NCBI GenBank assembly: GCA_903938205.1
Contig: CAJACJ010000518.1
Span: 1 to 25,031 of the forward strand
From: an uncultured bacterium
Lineage (GTDB): Bacteria; Planctomycetota; Phycisphaerae; Phycisphaerales; SM1A02
DNA: 25,031 nt
Reading direction: 5' to 3'
In this document: piece by piece, positions 19,005 to 25,031 of the stretch
Layout: each line of letters starts with the position of its first letter
How positions within the stretch are numbered: position 1 is the stretch's first letter
Position numbers and translations under genes: made by a program
The notes under the pieces: model-generated
What the model saw: only the letters and a program-made list of their open reading frames with translations
Database searches by the model: none
What the model was told of the DNA's origin: nothing

Positions 19005-20824
19005 TCAAAGTCACTGGCGTGCCACACACATTTCATATACCGGTGATGGGGTTGGCCTACACCATTGATACCCCGATTAAAGTCGCGCGATTTGGAATTG
19101 CGTCTGTGATTTCGATTATCGAAGATCGATTGGTAGAGATGATGAGAAGTTATTACTACCCCACACTCAACTTGGAATATAAACCCATTTCGGGACACGA
19201 GGACGATTCTCGAGCAAAACGAATCACTGATTATTTAAATCTGGTGAACACGATTGTGCAGGGCCAATTTGAAAAATTAAGAAACGCAACGTTTGAGGCT
19301 GGTTCTGAAATCGTAAAATATTTTGAATTGCTTCCCGACGACAGCTCTTTGAAATTGTTGTACCGAAAAATGATGCGGTGTAGCGACGAGCTTGAAAAGT
19401 TGGAAATGGCGAATTTTTTACGCAAGCACATGCGTCCCGGAAGCATTGATGTGAACATCATGACAAAATTGGATCGGGAAAAGTATGTCAAAAATGGCGA
19501 TGGGGTTGTGAAAGAAGATGCTTCGGATGCGGTGGCGGCGCTTCGTGGATACGCAAAAAGCGACCTTTCAAATTCATCGGTCGTTTTTTCGGCTGGGATC
19601 AATCCAAGACTTTTTAATTACTTGGCCAGCCGCAAGGAATTCGAAATGAACTCGGACGGTGAATTCACAAAGAAAGTTGTTGTGAAGGTGAGTGATTATC
19701 GTTCTGCGTTGATACAGGGGAAATATCTTGCCAAGCGCGGTATTTGGGTTAGTGAATTCAGAATTGAATCCGGACTGAATTGTGGCGGGCACGCATTCGC
19801 GACCGATGGTTTTTTGCTTGGCCCAATTCTTGAGGAATTTAAAACCAAGAAGCAAGAACTCATTGACACGTTGTTTCAAACATACGGCATTTCAATTTTG
19901 AAAAAGGGCTCCGTGCAATGTGAGCAAGCTCCTCCAATTCGAATTTCGGTGCAAGGCGGAATTGGGACCCGTGATGAGGATCTTTTTTTACACCAGTATT
20001 ACAAGGTCCAAAGCACCGGATGGGGAACCCCATTTTTACTGGTGCCCGAAGCGACAACGGTTGACGAAGCAACCTTGAAACTATTAAGCGCCGCGCAAGA
20101 AAAAGATATCGTGTTGAGCCATAACTCACCATTGGGGGTTCGTTTTTATTCGCTCAAGGGAACGACGGCCGACGCGGAAAAATCATTTCGTATTTGCAAT
20201 GGAAAACCGGGAAGTCCCTGCACCGAAAAACATTTGGCATTCAACACGGAATTCACAAATGAACCTATTTGCACGGCTTCTCAAAAATATCAAAAACTTA
20301 AAATCGAGCAGTTGCACACATTTCAATTGCCTCAACTCGAACATCAATCCCGTTTGAATTCCATATTGGGTAAGGAATGTCTGTGTGTTGGACTGAGCAA
20401 TTCCGCGGCAATTACTTACAACAAGGTGTTCATAAAAAAATTAAACGCCGTCACGATTTGCCCGGGTCCAAACATTGTTCATTTTTCCAAAGTGGTATCG
20501 CTGCGAACCATGGTTAATCATATTTACGGAAGAGGCAAAAGTTTGGTTTCTCCAGGCAGGCCGCACATGTTTATTGCGGAATTACGTTTATACGTCGCAT
20601 ATCTAAAGGAGCAATTCCAAGGTGGCATTCGTGTTGAAGATCACGTTCAACATAAAAAATACCTGGCGTCTTTTTATAGCAATCTGAAGAGCGGTATTTC
20701 GTATTACAAAAATTTGCCTGGCGTTTCGAAACCTTGTGGAGATCCTTTTCACAGGGATCTGGCGCGTGCTGAAATGGAATTGGATTCTTTGAACCTGCAA
20801 TATGCAACGCCTTTGAATGCGTGA
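19001..20824 (+). CDS. Conserved uncharacterised protein; predicted FMN-binding TIM-barrel oxidoreductase distantly related to the nitronate monooxygenase/FabK/FabX superfamily
   Basis: The 607-aa ORF is clear. Motifs HIPVMG, FSAG, ESGLNCGGHAF, VQGGIG, GWGTPF, SPLG, GSPC, ICTAS and KECLCVGL line up in order with NMO-type barrels. The fold call is inference. Confidence 0.7.
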   Translation: MIKVTGVPHTFHIPVMGLAYTIDTPIKVARFGIASVISIIEDRLVEMMRSYYYPTLNLEYKPISGHEDDSRAKRITDYLNLVNTIVQGQFEKLRNATFEAGSEIVKYFELLPDDSSLKLLYRKMMRCSDELEKLEMANFLRKHMRPGSIDVNIMTKLDREKYVKNGDGVVKEDASDAVAALRGYAKSDLSNSSVVFSAGINPRLFNYLASRKEFEMNSDGEFTKKVVVKVSDYRSALIQGKYLAKRGIWVSEFRIESGLNCGGHAFATDGFLLGPILEEFKTKKQELIDTLFQTYGISILKKGSVQCEQAPPIRISVQGGIGTRDEDLFLHQYYKVQSTGWGTPFLLVPEATTVDEATLKLLSAAQEKDIVLSHNSPLGVRFYSLKGTTADAEKSFRICNGKPGSPCTEKHLAFNTEFTNEPICTASQKYQKLKIEQLHTFQLPQLEHQSRLNSILGKECLCVGLSNSAAITYNKVFIKKLNAVTICPGPNIVHFSKVVSLRTMVNHIYGRGKSLVSPGRPHMFIAELRLYVAYLKEQFQGGIRVEDHVQHKKYLASFYSNLKSGISYYKNLPGVSKPCGDPFHRDLARAEMELDSLNLQYATPLNA

Positions 20825-20827
20825 TCC

Positions 20828-21505
20828 ATGAAAGACAAATCCAATTCTCATATTGTGAACGCCTTGACGCACTTGATTTCATGCGGCGATATACCTAATG
20901 ATCCGCCACAGAATCCCATGGATTTATTTCAGGAATGGTTTACGAATGCAGAGGATTGCGGTCAATATGTAAACCCAAATGCGATGACTGTTGCAACAAG
21001 CACATTGGACGGCGCGCCTTCGGCCCGAATTGTTCTATGCAAGTGCTTAGAAACGCAGCCTCCAGCGTTGGTGTTTTTCACAAGTTATGAAAGTAGAAAG
21101 GGTAGGGAAATAGAAGCAAATCCCAGGGCTGCGGCGGTGTTTCATTGGCCGCACGCCAAGCGGCAGGCGCGCGTGGAAGGAGTTGTGGAGCGCGTCTCGT
21201 CGCAAGAAAGTGACCAGTATTTTAGTTCGCGACCACTCATCTCACGCATCGGTAGTTCGGTTAGCCCACAAAGTCAGGTGATTTCTTCAAGAGCAAGCTT
21301 GGTTGCATCGGCGATTAAATTAGCGGGTCAAGCCACTCTTGCGGGAAAGCTTCCGCGTCCAGCGAATTGGGGTGGGTACAGAATTCATATTCGTGTTGTA
21401 GAACTTTGGTCGGCGCGTGAGGGCCGACTGAATGATCGCGTACGGTGGATACACGATGACTCAGATTCCACCACAAGTTGGAAAGTGACGCGGCTTGGAT
21501 CTTGA
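20828..21505 (+). CDS. pdxH: Pyridoxine/pyridoxamine 5'-phosphate oxidase family FMN protein (divergent)
   Basis: PNAMTVAT, PSARIVLCK, FFTSYESRKG, RQARVEG, YFSSRP, RPANWGGYR, and RLNDR in place of canonical RLHDR. Confidence 0.85.
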   Translation: MKDKSNSHIVNALTHLISCGDIPNDPPQNPMDLFQEWFTNAEDCGQYVNPNAMTVATSTLDGAPSARIVLCKCLETQPPALVFFTSYESRKGREIEANPRAAAVFHWPHAKRQARVEGVVERVSSQESDQYFSSRPLISRIGSSVSPQSQVISSRASLVASAIKLAGQATLAGKLPRPANWGGYRIHIRVVELWSAREGRLNDRVRWIHDDSDSTTSWKVTRLGS

Positions 21506-21550
21506 ACTGTATTTGTGAGCCGACGACTTCTCTATTGTTTGGTGACGTTG

Positions 21551-21578
21551 GAGCAATCACGGTACTCATAGATTGCTC
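21551..21578. terminator. Hairpin GAGCAATC-N12-GATTGCTC between the converging pdxH and ccoS genes
   Basis: 8-bp perfect stem with a long loop and no clear U-tract, so a weak candidate. Confidence 0.3.
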
Positions 21579-21596
21579 ATGATTACGCGTGCAAAA

Positions 21597-21776
21597 TTAT
21601 TTATTTTTTTGGCAGTCAGATTTTGTATGGATCAATGGCGCATCGTCTAGGAGCATGCGAATTGCTGGCGTATTCAGATCCTCATATTGATCGTTGTGGG
21701 CCGCCCACATAAATGCCAGCACGGCCGCTGCGGCTATGAAAAGTGCCACTGGAATGGCTATATAAATCAGAATCAT
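21597..21776 (-). CDS. ccoS: cbb3-type cytochrome oxidase assembly protein CcoS/FixS, 59 aa (not in ORF track)
   Basis: Hand translation: MILIYIAIPVALFIAAAAVLAFMWAAHNDQYEDLNTPAIRMLLDDAPLIHTKSDCQKNK. Matches the CcoS pattern IP..L...AF.WA...QY.DL..PA.R.L.DD. ATGA overlap with the ATPase stop. Confidence 0.88.
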   Translation of the reverse strand: MILIYIAIPVALFIAAAAVLAFMWAAHNDQYEDLNTPAIRMLLDDAPLIHTKSDCQKNK

Positions 21777-24463
21777 GCGTGCGCCTTGGTTGGAGATGTG
21801 TTGATTTCCAAGGCATTCTTCGCTGCAATTGGTGTCGTTGATCTTGCCGCAGACGAATTTGTTTTTTTCGTGTGAGATTGAATAATCGTCGCTGCGTTGT
21901 GAATTTCAAATCGTGGCATGCGCAACGCAACAGCCGTTACGGTCAAGCCACTGAGCGGCATCAGCACCGCAGCGATGAGTGGATTGATGACACCTGTTGC
22001 GGCAAGGGCGCCGCCGACAATGTTGTATGCCAGACTGATCGCAAAATTCACATGTATTGTTTTCATGGTTCGTTGTGCGCCATCAAGCAGTGAAACAACT
22101 TGGCCAAGTCCGCCGCCTGTCAGCGCCACATCCGCATGTTCAAGAGTGACTCGCGCGCCTTGGCGTACCGCAATGCCAACATCCGCAGCGGCCATTGCGG
22201 GCAAATCATTCACACCGTCGCCAATCATGACAATCGGACCAATGTGGTGGCTTGCCCGACATGCTGCAACAATTTCAACCTTGCGCTCGGGTGTGCATGC
22301 GCCCCACACTTGTTGATCAGGAATTTTTAACTGACAACCAATGTTTAACGCAATTTCTGTGACGTCGCCCGAGGCCATCCACATATTCCAACCGCGATTC
22401 GCTAGGTTGTTGACCAGTTCAAGTGCGTCGCTTCGAAGCGGATCACCCACGCCAATCACGGCGCATGTGACATGATCAACTGTCACAAAAACTGGTGAAA
22501 ACCCCTCGCGAATCATGTCGTGTGCGTGTGCAATCACAACGGCGTTGCTGATGTCATCGTGAATAGATGAAAATTTTTGGTTGCCAACTTTCACTTCATG
22601 ACCATTCACGATTCCAGAAATTCCGCCGCTAATCGTTTCGTGAACGTCGGTCACGATTGCGCCCAGTTGATAATGTTGTGCAATCGCTTTCGCAATTGGA
22701 TGCGTGCTTCGCGCCTCAAGAGCCGCCGCAAAATTCAAATCGGTTGATTCACCACATTCACGCAAGACGCGCATGCTGCCCTCGGTCACCGTGCCGGTTT
22801 TGTCCAGAATGATTGTTCCGCTACGCGCCAGGCGCTCAAATACATCACCACCGCGAATTAAAATTCCAATGCGCGCGGCTTTTCCAAGCGCCGCCACCAT
22901 GGTGAGCGGGGTCGCAAGACCGAGAGCGCACGGACACGTGACCACCAACATTGCGATCACAATAGAGAGGGCTCGTGTTGGATCAATAAACCACCACGCA
23001 CACCCTGTGATTGTGGTGAAAATGATGACTGCAAGTAAAAACCAACCTGCGATTCGGTTTGCAAATTCAACCACGCGCGGTCGTTCACCCGCCGCATTTT
23101 CCACCATGCGCGCAATGGCGGCCGCACGCGTGTCCACGCCGGAAGTTGTCACAAGAACTCGGACTGGATGTTGCTCTAACAATCGAACGCCCGCGAAAAT
23201 GGTTTCGCCACATTGCACCATCACTGGTCGTGATTCACCAGTGAGTAGTTGCATGTCAAAATTAGCGGCGCTATTCACAAGTGTTCCGTCGGCGCACACG
23301 GATTCACCCGCGGAAATTTCAACTATGTCACCAGGGCGCAAAGCCTCTGTTGGAATTTCTTCTATCGATTCTGCGTTTGATTCTGTTCGTGTTTCGGTTG
23401 TCGTATCAATTGACTTCAAATTGTTGTTCATCACGCGCCGAGCGGTTTGTGGAACCAGCGCGCAAATCAATTCAAGATCATGCCGTGCCGATCGTTGTTG
23501 ACGAAACTGCACAAATCGTCCAACAAGAAGCAAAAATACGAGCATGGAGACGCTTTCAAAATAAACACCCGGACGATTTGCCGCCGTCATTGCGACGCCA
23601 CCTAAAAGACCCGCCAGCAACGCAAGAGCAATAGGTAAGTCCATGTGCGGACTACGCGCGCGGATTGCGTTGAAGGCATTGGTCAGGAAAAGTTTTCCAG
23701 GCCAAAACACCGCCACCGTAGCCAACGCCACGCTTATCCACTGCAGAAATTGACGCGTTGAATCATCCATCCAAGAAAATTGCGCGCCATACAACGCGAA
23801 GGCAATCGCCATGACATTGCCACTGATGGCCCCGGCCACCGCGATATGAACCAACCACGCGCGATCCTGTCTACGCCACTCACTGCGCGAAGCGAGCGTT
23901 CCAATTGGTCGTACTTCATATCCCAACGAAGCGATGCGGGTGGCAATTGCGGACAAAGTTGTTTCGGTTGCTAGCCATTCCAGTGCGATAACGGAACGGC
24001 CAAGATCAACACGCGCGCTGAGAAGTCCTTGTTGCAAACGCGGAAGTGATTCCAGCAACCAAAGACATGCGCCGCATTTCAAACCATCAAGACGAAGTTC
24101 CGCGCGCAGTCGGCCGTTACCCAGTTGTTGAACGTGTCTTTGCTGAAAATCCGCATGGTCCAAATACAACAAAGAACCCTTTATTTGCGGTCTATTCGGC
24201 AAAAATCCATTGTCTTGTTGAAGCTTGTAATAGCCTTCCAATCCGCATTGGTGAAGCATGTGCCACACGGCTTCGCATCCTGTGCAACAAAATACTTCAG
24301 TCCTTGTTTGTGTGTTGGCTTGTGTATGCACAGTTTCAGAGAACTGCAGGTTGTTGGTTGTGACAGCATTCGTCTTGCCAGAATTGAGTTGATGGGCGCT
24401 GAAAGCGTTTGAAACAGGTAACCCGCAATGCGCGCAACAATTGGTGTTGTTCACAAATATCAT
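21773..24463 (-). CDS. ccoI: CcoI/FixI-type P1B copper-translocating ATPase
   Basis: N-terminal CAHC...FCCTGC domain, HMA GLKCGAC, TGES, CPCALGLATP, DKTGT, HP, GDGVND, YN and M..S transmembrane ligands. Followed directly by ccoS. Confidence 0.88.
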   Translation of the reverse strand: MIFVNNTNCCAHCGLPVSNAFSAHQLNSGKTNAVTTNNLQFSETVHTQANTQTRTEVFCCTGCEAVWHMLHQCGLEGYYKLQQDNGFLPNRPQIKGSLLYLDHADFQQRHVQQLGNGRLRAELRLDGLKCGACLWLLESLPRLQQGLLSARVDLGRSVIALEWLATETTLSAIATRIASLGYEVRPIGTLASRSEWRRQDRAWLVHIAVAGAISGNVMAIAFALYGAQFSWMDDSTRQFLQWISVALATVAVFWPGKLFLTNAFNAIRARSPHMDLPIALALLAGLLGGVAMTAANRPGVYFESVSMLVFLLLVGRFVQFRQQRSARHDLELICALVPQTARRVMNNNLKSIDTTTETRTESNAESIEEIPTEALRPGDIVEISAGESVCADGTLVNSAANFDMQLLTGESRPVMVQCGETIFAGVRLLEQHPVRVLVTTSGVDTRAAAIARMVENAAGERPRVVEFANRIAGWFLLAVIIFTTITGCAWWFIDPTRALSIVIAMLVVTCPCALGLATPLTMVAALGKAARIGILIRGGDVFERLARSGTIILDKTGTVTEGSMRVLRECGESTDLNFAAALEARSTHPIAKAIAQHYQLGAIVTDVHETISGGISGIVNGHEVKVGNQKFSSIHDDISNAVVIAHAHDMIREGFSPVFVTVDHVTCAVIGVGDPLRSDALELVNNLANRGWNMWMASGDVTEIALNIGCQLKIPDQQVWGACTPERKVEIVAACRASHHIGPIVMIGDGVNDLPAMAAADVGIAVRQGARVTLEHADVALTGGGLGQVVSLLDGAQRTMKTIHVNFAISLAYNIVGGALAATGVINPLIAAVLMPLSGLTVTAVALRMPRFEIHNAATIIQSHTKKTNSSAARSTTPIAAKNALEINTSPTKAHA

Positions 24464-25031
24464 TGCTCACTCATTTCTTTACAACACGCGTGCGGACCGT
24501 TTGCGATGTTTGAAAGGGTCGAATTTTTCACCTCATCACCAACGGCCCCCGCGCGAATGTCTTGTGAGTGATTGTTGTTATTTTTTTCAGACAATCGTGT
24601 TGCCACAACTTCAGCAAGCGGTGCGCGAACGCCAGCGGTGTACACGCCAACGGCAATCATGAAAGCGCCAGCAATTGCCGCTAAAATTCTTCGCTTTTGC
24701 CCGCCAAGCGACGCAATACCCGCGCCAACAAGCGCCAGAATTGGAACAGTTCCCAACCAAACTGCGGCCATGACCAACGCGCCCTCGACGACACGCCCAG
24801 TGCCCGCAGCCACCGCTGTAAATGCCCAAAGCCATCCACAGGGAAGCAGCGGTGTGGCCAATCCAATCACCAATGCGCGTGGAGTTGGCTGCATTGTTGC
24901 GGCCACTTTGTGTATTGCGCCAAGCGAGCGCTTCATCCAAAGTGGCAAAGGCACACGACCTGAATCAATTCCCGCGGATTGAAGCAGCATGCCAACTCCA
25001 ACAAGTGCCACCGCAATACCAGCTGCAATGG
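24460..25031 (-). CDS. DsbD_2 / TauE-like membrane protein of cbb3 maturation clusters (5' end outside the window)
   Basis: GLATPLLPCGWLW and VWLGTVP motifs. The frame stays open to the right edge. ATGA overlap with the ATPase start. Confidence 0.8.
   Translation of the reverse strand, partial: IAAGIAVALVGVGMLLQSAGIDSGRVPLPLWMKRSLGAIHKVAATMQPTPRALVIGLATPLLPCGWLWAFTAVAAGTGRVVEGALVMAAVWLGTVPILALVGAGIASLGGQKRRILAAIAGAFMIAVGVYTAGVRAPLAEVVATRLSEKNNNNHSQDIRAGAVGDEVKNSTLSNIANGPHACCKEMSEQ

Noticed and set aside
162-24982. Many overlapping or antisense ORFs in the track (e.g. 162-563, 3569-4477, 6500-7003, 16809-17471, 22704-23501)
   Set aside because: They are shadows of well-supported genes, have no recognisable motifs, and have atypical composition.

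Overview
A 25 kb bacterial window with about 22 genes. No rRNA, tRNA, CRISPR array or mobile element was seen. A PAPG-type PEP-CTERM tail and the style of the porin suggest Planctomycetota, probably Phycisphaerales (inference). From left to right: (1) sulfate-assimilation genes (probable cysD start on the - strand, then cysQ and a TauE/SafE transporter); (2) a PEP-CTERM protein with its terminator; (3) a carbamoyltransferase, DUF5989/SxtK-like, SxtJ-like and SGNH-TPR module, with the last gene split by a 1-nt frameshift; (4) an OprO/P-like porin, YitT and a CMD-family protein; (5) a tightly coupled 10.4 kb + strand operon: ric, a Tat-exported type II Mo-bisPGD oxidoreductase of the periplasmic NXR/NAR kind (alpha, beta, EbdC-like gamma, TorD-like chaperone), a diheme c4-type cytochrome, an uncharacterised 607-aa protein with FMN-barrel motifs and clustered cysteines, and a divergent pdxH; (6) converging cbb3-oxidase maturation genes (ccoS, ccoI/fixI, partial DsbD_2-type gene). 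The main result is the periplasmic nitrate/nitrite oxidoreductase operon with unusual accessory genes in an apparently non-anammox planctomycete. Its reaction direction cannot be settled from sequence; the local clues lean towards low-oxygen nitrate reduction. Three coding regions absent from the ORF track were found by hand: 1-91, 4779-4934 and 21597-21776. All family assignments come from motif recognition, not database searches.
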